Below are positions 1-12,180 of a stretch of 64,000 nucleotides of DNA, one piece after another. A program made the translations under genes and the position numbers. The DNA is taken from the NCBI RefSeq assembly GCF_006345805.1, contig NC_042999.1, positions 104,098,001-104,162,000 on the forward strand, in the 5' to 3' direction. The notes beneath the pieces are model-generated. The model had not been told where the DNA came from and searched no databases. It saw only the letters and a program-made list of their open reading frames with translations. The DNA comes from Octopus sinensis (Eukaryota). Each line of letters starts with the position of its first letter. Positions within the stretch are counted from its first letter, which is position 1.

Positions 1-595
1 AAATAATTTACTTGGCGAAGCTATTGTCAGTTGGAAAGCCAAGATTAACATATAAAGATGAGGCGATACAGAACATGCCTTGTGTTTATATGTTATAATT
101 TCTCAAAATCTACCATGCAAGCGCAGTTTTTTTATCAGCAGCAAATATAAAAAATGCCGATTATATATATATATATATAATACACATGCACACACACATA
201 TGCACATTCATGTGCATCTAAATTTAAGCACACATGCATAATGTAAAACAATGTATAGATAAAGAGTGGTATTGTTGGAAATATATCCATGCAGTGGCCA
301 AAGATCTTAGCAGCATAAATGAGTTAACTGTGATCAACTGGAATGGAGACTGCATTTAAGCATTGTTTCATTTAGAACTTTTTTCACTGTTGCTCATTTT
401 TTGGGAGGGGGCCAGTTGACTAGATCGACCCCAGTATGCAACTGGTACTTAATTTATTGACCCCAAAAGGATGAAAAGCAAAGATGACCTCAGTGGAATT
501 TGAACTCAGAATGTAAAGACATGAAATACTGCTAAGCATTTTGTCCAGCGTGCTAACGTTTCTACCTGCTTGGTGCCTTAGAGTAAAGAAATAAT

Positions 596-992
596 CCTTT
601 CTACTATAGGCACAAGGCCTGAAATTTGGAGGAAGGGGATAGTCAATTATATCGACCCCAGTGTGTAACTGGTACTTAATTTATCGATCCTGAAAGGATG
701 AAAGGCAAAGTCAACCTCAGCAGAATTTGGACTCAGAATGTAGTGACAGACGAAATACCTGTTTCTTTATTACCCACAAGGGGCTAAACATAGAGGGGAC
801 AAACAAGGACAGACAAACAGATTAAGTCGATTACATTGACCCCAGCACGTAACTGGTACTTAATTTATCGACCCCGAAAGGATGAAAGGCAAAGTTGACC
901 TTGGCAGAATTTGGACTCAGAATGTAGTGGTAGACGAAATACTGCTAAGCATTTTGCCTGGCATGCTAATGATTCTGCCAGCTCACTGCCTT
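596..992 (-). mobile_element. Dimeric tRNA-derived SINE (family S1)
   Basis: Two tandem copies of the S1 body (GTTC/GTCCAAATTC B-box-like motif, then gactttgcctttcatcctt...taagtaccagtt). It is flanked by a ~19-bp TSD cttagagtaaa(g/t)aaataat at ~577 and ~993. Confidence 0.8.
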
Positions 993-1025
993 CTTAGAGT
1001 AAATAAATAATGTCAACACAATTAC

Positions 1026-1193
1026 CTCGTTTAACTGTTTGACTGTTTTTTCAAGGTCCCACCGTTCTTTCTGAATCAACTGGTGTTCTTGGATAACTAA
1101 AGAGGTGTTACTCTCTAGTAAGTTAAGTTTTTCCATTTTTTCTTCATAAGATGCTTTTAAAGTACACAGCTCTCCAGAAAGGTCTTCACAAAC
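1026..1193 (-). CDS. Internal coding exon (168 nt, phase 0/0), probably of the same coiled-coil gene
   Basis: Minus strand reads tttactcatttctacag|GTT...AAC GAG|gtaatt. It encodes VCEDLSGELCTLKASYEEKMEKLNLLESNTSLVIQEHQLIQKERWDLEKTVKQLNE. It is absent from the ORF track because it has no start codon. Confidence 0.85.
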
Positions 1194-4100
1194 CTGTAGA
1201 AATGAGTAAATAAAATAAAAATATAAATCTATGAATCATGATGAAGAACATGCTTTGAATGACTTAGTATATTTGTTTATTTATTATTTTTTTTTTATGG
1301 TATTTTACTCATTTACAACCATTTTTCTATGCTAAATTAGATGGAATAGGATTTTGTTGACGTAATTGTCAATACAGTCTGTTGTTCTTTCTGTCATTTG
1401 TGAAATAATTATGGTGTAGGAGTGGAATGTTGTCATTTAAGTCAGACTGACACATGCAGAGTTTAAGTGGAGATGAATAACGCGACAAATGCTTTAAGCT
1501 TATAAGATAAATTCTAAATTTATGTCATAGTGTTAAAATTCAAAGAAGAGCAATCCCCATCAGACTGGTGATTATTATTTTTTTCTATATCAAATCTTTC
1601 CAGTTTACAAGTCCCACACATTACTGAATATCTTTTGTGTTATTTCTCAAATTCTCTAAATAATAAGGGAAATCCAATATTGAGAAAACCAGCAAGTGAC
1701 TCATGGCTAGGATTGTCCTACAGCCATAGAAAGGGAATTTCACATTACAACTCTATTTCCTTTTACTATCACTGGTTAGGGATTACAGTACAAGTATCCT
1801 TGTCACTTCTGCAATGGGATGGAGTGAGGGGAAGAGAAACTGAAACTTGTCACTGAAGAAAAAGTGTGCTTGAAAAAAGGAAAACTCAATAGTGCTGGTA
1901 GAGAGTATCTTCAAATGCAGTTGCTGCATGCAATACTGCAACTCCCATGTTGGCCTGTACAGCCTCAGCAGATGCTGCCATCAGCAGCTGACACAGAATT
2001 CTCCAGGCACAGACCTTTGGTCTTTCGAAACCGACAGTTGTCTGTCCCATATCATCCTTGTCAAAATTTCTGAAGTTTTCTGCAAATTGTACCAACATTA
2101 TTTTCAAATCTTTTAAACAAACCGGTGATGATGAGATCAATGTGGTTGATATTCAGTGTTATACTTTTGCAAGTCAATGTTTGCAGCAAAAATGTTCTGA
2201 ATGAGAAGAGGGTTCCAGAGAATTGCAGATGTTGGTGAAATTGATTAGATAAAGCTTTTAGTGTAGAAGGATGCTGGATTCAGAAAAAAATGGTGGACCT
2301 ATGCAGCTAATTATTTCAAAGAAGTGTGTTAGAGAGCAGACCCCACCCTATTTTTACTGCATTTTAATCTAAATACATGGCATTGGTGACCAAATCAGAG
2401 CAATGACAATGAATTTCATATCATGAACTCCCAAGGAGTATCATAAGGAGGTTCAATTCCTGAAGGGCCACTTAAATGGGGCCCCACTGACTGCTATTTT
2501 TACAGCATTTACCTTGCCCCTACACTTATTGATTAAACTATGATCAACATCAGTGCTTAGCACATTTTCAGAAATATGTTTAGGCATTCTAAATACCTTC
2601 ACATACATTCAAATCGAGATAAAGAGTTATAACAAGTACATTTCAAGTGTGGTAGTGTGGATATTTATATTTTGTGGTTTATGAAACTTATGTCTAGGTG
2701 GAAAACTAATCTTCCTGTTCTGGTTACAGTATCTCCCTAAAGATTTGTAATAGAAAATAGAATGAGACTGAGATGAAATAGAACCTATTCATTTTATCTC
2801 AGCCTCATTTTAATATATTTTCAGAAATGGTGAAGTGATGGAAAAATTATGATAGTTACGGTAGTCATACATTTCACTTGCTTAATACGAATGGAGGTTC
2901 AAGTCTAAAAATATGAAGTGAATTAATTACTACAGTGATTTTGGAAGCACATATAACTCCGTGAAAGTGTCACAAATTTTCATTGTCAGAATAAAATAAT
3001 AAAAAAAAAAAGCATGGTAAATGATCCTGAAGGTCTCAAAGGTACCCTTCACAGGAGCTAGCTTGAATGGTACCCAAAGGGTGGCTTTAAGGCAAGTGTT
3101 ATATATTTGAGAGGATTAATAAAGTCCATTTATTAGTTATCATTAGATGGGTTCAAATAGTATCGCATACATGTTGTGTGTGTGTATGTATGTGAAAGTG
3201 TCTAAGTTGGTGTGTATCCTTGTCTTGACATCATATAATGACTGTAAGCAAGCATGTTGTTCATTTCTGTCCTTTCATGAAAAATATGCATGGCCATGGG
3301 AAATATTACCTTGCTTGGTAACAAGTGAGGGTGCACAACAGAGAGGGCATCCAATTGTAGAAAATCTGCCCCAACAAATTCTGTCTGATTTATACAGGCA
3401 TGGAAAAGTGGATGTTAAAATGATGATGATGATTATGATGATGATGATATGTTACCCATATACACTGGCATATATGGTAATTAGATGATGACGACAATTT
3501 CTTCATGTTGGAAAATCACGAAGAAGAGTGGCATATCCTCAACTGGCTATGTAAACTAATCCTTGAGGCTGCAGGGCTGTTCTTCCTGCTTGTGCTTAGC
3601 AGTTTTAAAATTAGTGTTGGCTAATGCAATCCAATTCCACCCTTTAGACTGAAAACAGTGACCAGCAATCTGTAGGTTTTACACTGGCATGGCCTTGTCT
3701 TAGGTGAATTGCTTTACAGAGCTGGAGAGCTCCACCAACCCTGGAGTTACAAGAAGGGTGTCAAAGTGGGTACTAGACTATCAGAGGGACTTTATTCCTT
3801 GGTTTATTGTTGAAGTAAATTCCCCTAACCTCTTTCTTTCTCAAAGGCACTCACATGGCAGTGAAGGTTTGTACTTGGAATTTCTTCCACAACATGTTAA
3901 TTAACCCACAACTGGGACCCTGACAAGTGCTAAAACTCTGAGTCAGAATAGACTTGGGAACAATTGTAGTTAACCTTGGAATTCCTGAACTAGGGCTCCA
4001 CTGCCGGATGAAGTTTTAAGTTATCCTCAGGACAAAGCAATTGGATATAAATGGACTTAAAAGCAAGATGACAATTTTGTAACATAGCACTAGTCTAACG

Positions 4101-4505
4101 TGACTATTACAAAAATTGGTAATTAAATCTTGTTAAGAATTAGCTGGATTAATTATGATACCCATAAATTATGAAATATCAGCTGCAGTGGGATTGGCTC
4201 ACAAACAGCAATGCTGTAATTGGTGCTTTATATCTTTTGCAACAGGATCTGCCAAAGATGTTGGAAAATACTTTCTTGTCATGCCTTATTAATAGACTGA
4301 AAAAAAATTCATGTCTTTTACTGAATTACTAAATTAACCCTGACTAATCTGTATGTGTGTGCGTGTGGGTGGGTGTAAGTGTATAGGTGCATGTGAGTGA
4401 GAATGTGTGTAGGAGTGTGTGTGTATATGTGTATATATATGTGTATATATATATATATATACACACACACACATATATATGTGTGTATATATATTTGTGT
4501 GTTTG

Positions 4506-4573
<68 letters not shown>

Positions 4574-4771
4574 CATACAAACATATATATTCCTTTTCCT
4601 TTTGATCTTCCTATGTTACCTGTTTTTGGAGAATAGCTATGCTCAAAATGTAAAACAACTACTCTTTTCCATCTCTGAGCATCTTATTAACACTTAACAT
4701 GTGCTACGTTCTCATGCTCTTGTTTTTTACTTGTCTTTTTCTCCATTTTAAAAAATTAATTGTATATATAT

Positions 4772-4813
<42 letters not shown>

Positions 4814-5189
4814 ATATATTTATATATTTATATATATATATCAAATGAATGTCTTATAAAACTATTCCACGCATACAATAACAGCCATACCAACCTAACA
4901 CACCTCCATCATCAGCTTCCCCATGGATATCAGTATGGTTTTGACACTTGGGCAGTACCATTCAATCCAGCAGGGTCAACAGCACTAAAATAAGTGTTGT
5001 TTGGGAACAAGCATACTTTAGATATCACTACCTTCATTCAATCTTAATTACAGAAAGAATTAAACACTAATATTATTAATTAAACTACAACAAAGAAACC
5101 ACATTTACTCTATGTACAAAACAGTATTGGTAAATTATATATATATCAATCCCTCTCTCTCTCTCAGAGAGGCACAAGCACCTACACAC

Positions 5190-5530
5190 ACATATACACA
5201 CATGGCAGTAACTTCCACCTACCAAATTCAGTCACAAAGCTTCAGTCGGCTCAGGGCTATAGTAGAAGACACCTGCCCAAAGTGCCATGCAGTGGAACTG
5301 AACCCAAAACCATGTAGCTAGGAAGCAAGCTCCTTAATCACACAGCCATGCCTGCGCATATATATATATATATATACACACACATATGATGGGTTTCTTT
5401 TAGTTTCCACCCACTAAAACCACTCACAAAGCTTTGGTTGGCCTGTGGCTATTGTAGATGACACTTGCCCAAGGTGCCATGCAGTGGGACTGAACCGAGA
5501 CTACATGGCTGGAAAGTAAGCTTCTTAAGC
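5190..5530 (-). mobile_element. Two partial copies of tRNA-derived SINE family S3
   Basis: Reverse complement of the ggcatggctgtgtg...gttcagtcccactgc...gggcaagtgtcttctactatagcc head that is seen near-complete at 21078-21475. Confidence 0.75.
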
Positions 5531-5639
5531 ATACAGCCACATCTGCATCTTATATGATTTAAAAAAAATATATTTTGCTCTATATACATTATATTGTCTA
5601 TTTTGCTATATCCTTACTGGTTTAATAATATTAAATTGA

Positions 5640-5870
5640 AGGCGGTGAGCTGGCAGAAACGTTTGCATGCTGGGTGAAATGCTTAGCAGTATTTGGTCTG
5701 TCTTTATGTTCTGAATTAAAATTCTGATGAGGTCGACTTTGCCTTTCCTCCTTTTTTTTTGGGGGGGGGGTCAATAAATTAAGTACCAGTTGCATACTGG
5801 GGTTGATCTAATCAACTGGCCCCCCTCCCCCAAAATTTCAGGCCTTGTACCTAGAGTAGAAAAGGAAAGA
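5640..5870 (+). mobile_element. SINE family S1 monomer
   Basis: Runs aaggcggtgagctggcagaaacg...gaggtcgactttgcc...aagtaccagtt...ggccttgt. The 15-bp TSD ataatattaaattga is at 5625-5639 and 5871-5885. Confidence 0.85.
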
Positions 5871-6120
5871 ATAATATTAAATTGATTTTCTTATAAAACA
5901 GGTTCGTCTTTCAAGACAAAAGAGTCTGTTCTAGTTTTTCCATAGTCTGATATTTAGTAATAAAAGAAGTTAATAGCGGTACTTATATACTAATGTATAG
6001 TTATTGGTAACTTCTCACTTTCTTCTATGATTGCTGATTTTATTTTATTATTATACTAGTATGGCATATGTAATTGCAGAAAATCTGTACACTTTTGTAG
6101 AATCCAATGTATACATGTGT

Positions 6121-6160
<40 letters not shown>

Positions 6161-6161
6161 A

Positions 6162-6205
<44 letters not shown>

Positions 6206-6694
6206 TAAGTGTATGTCTGTATGAGTGTGTGTGCTTATATATATATATAAATACAAGAGGCTTCCAAATAGGAAAGCCTTGTGCTAGAAAGAGCAGTAGA
6301 AAACTCAAACCACCAATTAAGGATAAATTCTTGAAAGGAATGAAAATCAAAAACGTTTACCATCTCAATTATTTCCCAGACCATGGTTTCTAACTATTTC
6401 CAGCAAAAAAATATTCGCTGAAGGCCAGTTTTCATCAGTGGGAAAACCTTTAGATTTCAAATATACACACAGTCAGATCCACATGTAAAACTAACTGCCT
6501 GCATATCCTAACTTTTCAGACCACTGCGCAGATGCAGATTATACCCGGCGACAGAGAGGTTACCAGTAAAAATTTATCAAAGAATATTTAAACATAATAA
6601 ATAACAATAGGGTAATAAAAAATTATTATTACCAGTGGTCTAGCACAAAAAACGAATTAGTCATTAGACTGTGTAATGTCAGTGTGCATATACA

Positions 6695-7392
6695 ACAGAG
6701 AAAAGTTGGACTTAAGAAGCATCAGATGTGGTGTGCAAGAGAGACGACTGCGCTGGTATGATCATGTGTTACGAATGGATGAGGACAGCTGTGTGAAAAA
6801 GTGTCACACCCTAGCAGTGGAGGGAACCTGTGGATGAGGTAGACCCAGGAAGACCTCGGATGAGGTGGTGAAGCTTGACGTTCAAATATTGGGCCTCACT
6901 GAGGCAATGACTAGTGACCTTTGGAGATATGCTGTGCTTGTGAAGACTTGACAAACCAAGTTAGACCATAATCTGTGACCTATGCCAGTGGTATATAACC
7001 AGCCCAGTTATGAGTACCTTCATTCATTGGACAATAAACTTTGCTTGCAAAGACCTGTTGAGGCAAGTGATATCAAAATCAAAATTGCTGACATGACCAA
7101 TGACAGTACCACCTGATTGGCACTCATGCCAGTGGAATGTTAAAAGCACCATCCAAGCATGACTGTTTTCAGGACTGCTGACTGGCTCCCATGCCGGTGG
7201 CACGTAAAAAGTACCATTTGCATGTGATCATTGCCAGTGTCGCCTTACTGGCACATTTGCTGGTGGCACGTGAAAAACAACATTTGAGCGTGGTCATTGC
7301 CAGTGCTGCTGGACTGGCTCCCATGTGGGTGGCATGTAAAAAACTGTCCAACCCATGCCAGCATGGAAAGTGGATGTTAAACAACGACGATG
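6695..7392 (+). mobile_element. RTE-clade LINE 3' fragment (ORF2 C-terminus plus 3' UTR)
   Basis: Translates to EKLDLRSIRCGVQERRLRWYDHVLRMDEDSCVKKCHTLAVEGTCG*GRPRKT, the RTE ORF2 end (LRWxGHV.RM...GRP). It is followed by the gccggtggcacgtaaaaag UTR and a (GAT)-type tail. Confidence 0.85.
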
Positions 7393-7395
7393 ATA

Positions 7396-7522
7396 TATGA
7401 GGGGTGTATGAAAAGTCTTGAGCCTCAAAAAAACAAAACATGGTACAAGACTTCTGATGAAGGTACAAGACTTCAAGGCTCAAAGGCCTTGGGGGCTCAA
7501 CACTTTTCATACACCTTTCATA
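7396..7522. mobile_element. Tc1/mariner-type MITE
   Basis: ~29-bp TIRs tatgaggggtgtatgaaaagtcttgagcc / ggctcaacacttttcatacacctttcata with TA ends. Confidence 0.75.
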
Positions 7523-7573
7523 TATATATATATAAATGTGTTATACATGTGTGTGTGTGCATTTATATGTATA

Positions 7574-7608
<35 letters not shown>

Positions 7609-8161
7609 GATGGGCTTCTTTCAGTTTCCATCTACCAAATCCACTTCATGACTATAGTAGAAGAAACTTGCCTAAGGTGCCACACAGTGGGACTGAACTT
7701 GGAACCATGTGGTTGGAATGCAAGCTTCTTAGCACACAGCCATGCCTGCTCCTGTATTATAAGAATGACAAACAGTACATTTACTGGTAATCACAAGGCT
7801 TTGTCAAGCTGAAATTAATTAACTAGAAGAGCACAAAGCAGTGTTGAGAGAAATATGTGCACAACCATATTTATCACAATCTAGTACATTATAAATAGAA
7901 TTTTCTCCTGGGACTATTTCTGCAGCACAAGGTTTTCCTGTGTCTAAGTGTACATGAATGTGTTAAATATGATTGTACATGCATATGTCTCTTGCAGTGC
8001 TGCTTTGTGCACCTCATTTTAATTAATTCCAGCTGGATCAATCTGGAATTGAGTGGGCGTCCGGTTGAACAGAGTTTTGTCACATTATTTAAAAACTAGC
8101 AGAATCTGTGCCTCTTTCTGCTACTAAAGTAAGGTTTACACTTCTTCAGCACTCTCCACTT

Positions 8162-8392
8162 ATTTCTTTACTACCCACAAGGAGCTAAACATAGAGGCGA
8201 CAAACAAGGACAGAGAAACGGATTAAGTCGATTATATCGACCCCAGTGCGTAACTGGTACTTATTTAATCGACCCCGAAGGGATGAAAGGCAAAGTCGAC
8301 CTTGGCGGAATTTGAACTCAAAATGTAACGACACAAAATACCACTAGGCATTTCGCCCGATGTGCTAACGTTTCTGCCAGCTCACCGCCTTC
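8162..8392 (-). mobile_element. SINE family S1 monomer
   Basis: Full S1 body and tail. The 16-bp TSD tcagcactctccactt is at 8146-8161 and 8393-8408. Confidence 0.9.
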
Positions 8393-9140
8393 TCAGCACT
8401 CTCCACTTGATGCTGTAATAACTCTTTTCACCTGGACACCTACCTAAACAGTACAAGTGAAATTTTCTGTTCTTGCCCATTTGAGCACAAGTATGTCTTT
8501 GGACACTGGCAGAACATACCATGAATATAAAGATTACAGTCTCCACCATCAATATTTTCCATCACCACATTCTGATAGTTTGGTATAAGGTTTGCTACAC
8601 TCAGCTTAATACATTAAATACAAACATATTTATACGCATACATATTCACACATGATTTTAGAATCAACCCTACCCCACCCAACACAGATACGTCAACCCA
8701 CCCCCATCCTGCATACTCCCCAGTCACAACTCCACTTTACAGGTATTTACCTCACACACAACGATGACGCTGATCTCCATCTAAGGGACATAACTCTAAA
8801 AAACATAAGTTCCCTCGCTGGGTTTTCTCCCACAGTATTTCCATTCTGATTTTTCCAACTCCTGCAAAGTGGATGTACCACTTTCTTATCTCTAATGGCA
8901 GGGAGCCCATGCCTAATCGTTCCTACCATCTCTTCTGATAAGTGCTGAGATTGATTTTCTAAAATTCGTGTACAAAGCCATTTCTATCAATTGGCTGAAA
9001 GAAGATTATAAAACTGTATTGTATAAATAATTGATACAGCCTCTCTATTGACAAATATGAGTGCTTGTTTTTTTTCTCATTCATAAATTTCTCAGAGAGC
9101 AATATATGCTATATATATATATCCATTAAGCCTTTTTTAT

Positions 9141-9292
9141 TTTCTCTCCCTTTTTATTTCTGTGTTCCTTTCTGTCGAAGAGCATAGATTTGAAACATAA
9201 AAGACTTTCTCACTTCCTGAGCGTTAAATTAATACATCTGTTTGTTGTTTACACACCTGTCTTTGTCTTTTGCTTTTTTTTGTAAATTCTCA
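9141..9292 (+). mobile_element. Short PLE-like repeat (family A) with a degenerate hammerhead-like motif
   Basis: A second copy lies inverted at 46829-46978. Both sit in TA/CA microsatellites. Motif: ctttctgtcgaagagcatagatttgaaacataaaag. Confidence 0.55.
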
Positions 9293-9889
9293 CTATACAC
9301 ACACACACATATATGTACACACAGACATATTGTATGCATATATATATAACATATATAGGTTTTTACAGTCATCTAAAAATCTATATATATCTGTCTGTCT
9401 ATCTGCTTGTCTGTCTGCCTGTTTCTCTCTCTATATATACACACATACACATATAAATGTATAACATGTATAGGTTATATAACATTTATAGTCATCTAAG
9501 AATCTATATATATATATGTCTGCTTCTGTCTGTCTGACTCTCTCCCCCTCTCTCTCTCTCTATATATATATATATACACACACACATATATATGTCAGAA
9601 CAGAGAGTTATTAATAAAGGTTTAGTAATCAAGGCAAAATATTTCTTAAGTCTTCATCCTTTGCTGATACAGATATATCAAGTTCAGAAAATGTTTATTA
9701 ATTGGTATTGAACTCCAGATAATCTCCAAAGATGAGATCCGAAGTTGAAGTCCATGACCAGTCGACTTTGTAAATCCAAGGTTGCATTACCATGTTAATA
9801 TGGTACATTTTTGCAGATTGATATAAATCTATAATGCACAAATAAATGTATAAAGCCTTTCTCATAAACGCACACACACACACATATAT

Positions 9890-10150
9890 TAGCATGTGGT
9901 AGTTAGGCTGTTGCATTTATGATTGCTTGATCATGGGTTTGATTCCCAGACCGGATGGCGCATTGTGTGAGTTCTTGAGCAAAATACTTCATCCCACATT
10001 GCTCCAATCCTCTTTTGATCAGCCGGGAATGTTGGCCTGCTTGCCTAGCCAGTAGGGTGATGTCATTCAATGGCTAAAATGATGCAAAATGCATTGTGGC
10101 AAGTGATGTGTAACAATATCTGATAGTCTGGTCAGTTACCTGATCACATG
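9890..10150 (+). mobile_element. tRNA-derived SINE with a CORE-like domain (family S4)
   Basis: gcatgtggtag...gggtttgattccc...ttcttgagcaaaatacttcatcccacattgctcca. Related copies are at ~14790-15070, ~22520-22830 and ~63040-63200. Confidence 0.6.
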
Positions 10151-10151
10151 A

Positions 10152-11027
10152 TAATGGGTCATCCCATAAATAATGCAGTTTTTTTTATATTTCTTTTGTT
10201 TTTCAAAATTAAGATAAACAAAGTTCTTTTTAATCTAAAATATACTCTCCTTCATTTTCTACAATGCCCTTCCATCTATCTGGTAGATTTGCAAGGCTCA
10301 TCGAAAATTCAATTGTCCAAGATGAAAAATACTCCTCTGGTACTGTTCTGATCTTGTCTACAGAATTCATATTTTTCTCATCCAAATGATTTTGAAGACT
10401 GTTGAATAAATGATAATCAGATGGGGCAATGTCTGGCAAATATGGTGGGTGGGGCATTATTTTCCATATAATGTGCAATTAGAGTCAAAAAATTTGTGAG
10501 GAACTTATTGACCCAATTTGCTGACTTTTCTGATAGCACACATGTGTCGATGAATAGCTGAATGACCAAATACAAGCTTTTCTGCTAGTTCCTCAACAGG
10601 TACAATAGGATTTTGTTCCACCATGGTTTGTAGGATGTCCTTGTTGAGCTCTGCAGATTTTCCAGGACGAGACTTGTCTTCTAGGCTGTAGTTGCTGGCT
10701 TGGAATTTCTGGAACCACCATTGAAACTGGCTTACACTTATTGTCCGATCCCCATATACTGCATTAATATTCCTTGCACTTTCCATTGTGTTGTTGCCTT
10801 TATTGAACTTAAAGCAAAATATCCTGAATATGCTCTTTTGTCACTTCCATTATAGCTTTGAAAAAGTAACTGTTAAAATCGAACTGCATTCTTCAAAACT
10901 TGCGCTAAGAATAAGGACAAGGTAAAATTATTACCTGCTTTTATAGAAAGTTGATGCAGGTAGTTTATCTCATCTCCCTTCGACTTTTAGTTCATATAAT
11001 GAAACAACCACATTATTCATGGGATGG

Positions 11028-11034
<7 letters not shown>
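10152..11034 (-). mobile_element. Internally deleted mariner (D,D34D) transposon, transposase pseudogene
   Basis: TIRs (ta)atgggtcatcccataaataatgcag / ccacattattcatgggatggccc(tata). The minus-strand peptide has the HTH region (WFQKFQASNYSLEDKSRPG), a broken WVPHxL motif (LGQ*VPHKF), PHPPYLPDIAPSDYHLF, and the C-terminus LPDRWKGIVENEGEYILD*. Confidence 0.92.
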
Positions 11035-11098
<64 letters not shown>

Positions 11099-11162
11099 GT
11101 ATGTATGTATGTATGCATATGCATGTGTGTGTGCGAATATATACATATATATATATATATAT

Positions 11163-11696
11163 AACAAATTAAATGGGTAGTTTATTAGCAATTTGAACCT
11201 AAAGGCAAAATTTATAGAGGTCACAAAAGTGATGAAAGGTACTAACCAGCACAAGCTATTGCTAGAAACAAGAGTTAAAACATCTCAAAGGCCTCAAAGC
11301 ACTATACTTAATGACTGACAAAGGGAGGTAAGTCACTAGCGTACATAGTTGGAGTGAACGATTTCAGATTTTGATGAATAACATCTTAATCCTCTTCAGT
11401 GACTCTTAAATTCCTAGGGTTTAACTCAACTATTCTCTGTCAGTCTTATAAGAAAAACCATTGAAAAACCTGTGCTGATTTTCAAAGCAGTAAACAAATT
11501 AAATGGATGGCTTATTAGCAATTTGAACCTAAAGACAAAATTAATAGAGGTCACAAAAGTAATGGAGGGTACTGGGCACTTACCTCCCTCCGTCAGTCAT
11601 AAAGTTCAGTGCTTTGTAGCTTTTGAGTTGTTTTAACTCTTGTTTCTAGCAATAACTGGTGCTGTCAGTACCCTCCATCGCTTTGAGACCTCTATT
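11163..11696. mobile_element. Penelope-like pLTR module with tandem and inverted segments
   Basis: Direct repeat 11163-11242 / 11493-11573 (period ~330 bp) and inverted repeat 11213-11333 / 11578-11696. Both ends are in TA-rich microsatellite, and the module contains a hammerhead core. Confidence 0.7.
11352..11405 (-). ncRNA. Degenerate type I hammerhead ribozyme motif
   Basis: Minus strand: GAGTCA CTGAAGA GGATT aa GATG ttatt CATC aa AATCT GAAA TCGTT CACTC. The core is intact and stem II is bipartite, but the stem I/III junction is imperfect. Confidence 0.55.
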
Positions 11697-11819
11697 ATAA
11701 ATATATATATATGGCAGTAACGTTAGCATGCCGGGTGAACTGCATGACTGTATTACCGTCCAACCCATGCTAGCATGGAAAACGGAAGTTAAACGATGAT
11801 GATGATGATGATGATGAGA

Positions 11820-11915
11820 CATACATGTGGCGTGCCTGTGTGGTAAAAAGATTGCTTCCCAACCACTAAGCCTTATGAGTGGATTTTGTAGACAGAAATT
11901 GAAGGAAGCCCATCA

Positions 11916-11954
<39 letters not shown>

Positions 11955-12180
11955 ATATGTGTGTGTATGTGTCTTCGTGTCTGTATCCCCCATCACTGCT
12001 TGATGACCAGTGTTATTGTGTTTAAATCTTCATCACTTAGCAGCATGGCAATAGAAACTGCTAGAATAAATACTAGGCTTAAGAAACAAGTCCTGGGGTT
12101 GATTTGTTTGACTGAAACCCTCCAAGGCAGTACTCCAGCATGGCCACAGTTAAATGACCAAAACAAGTAATAGAATAGAA
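11820..12180 (+). mobile_element. SINE family S3 (internally deleted)
   Basis: Has the S3 head, a TA tract, the ccaccatc/gcttgatgacc body and the cagcatggccacag...caagtaa tail. Confidence 0.75.

Noticed and set aside
1864-2300. Overlapping short ORFs in non-repetitive sequence
   Set aside because: No recognisable motif or splice context. Possibly a decayed transposon, but unassignable.
2512-2590. Minus-strand candidate exon MPKHISENVLSTDVDHSLINKCRGK with an AAG|gtaaat donor
   Set aside because: The acceptor is weak, the peptide is not coiled-coil-like, and no phase-compatible upstream partner was found. Cannot be excluded without RNA-seq.
6405-6445. Minus-strand CTGATGA-AAACTG-gcctt-CAGC-GAAT
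   Set aside because: Needs several changes to fit an HHR and no second copy supports it. At most a decayed motif.
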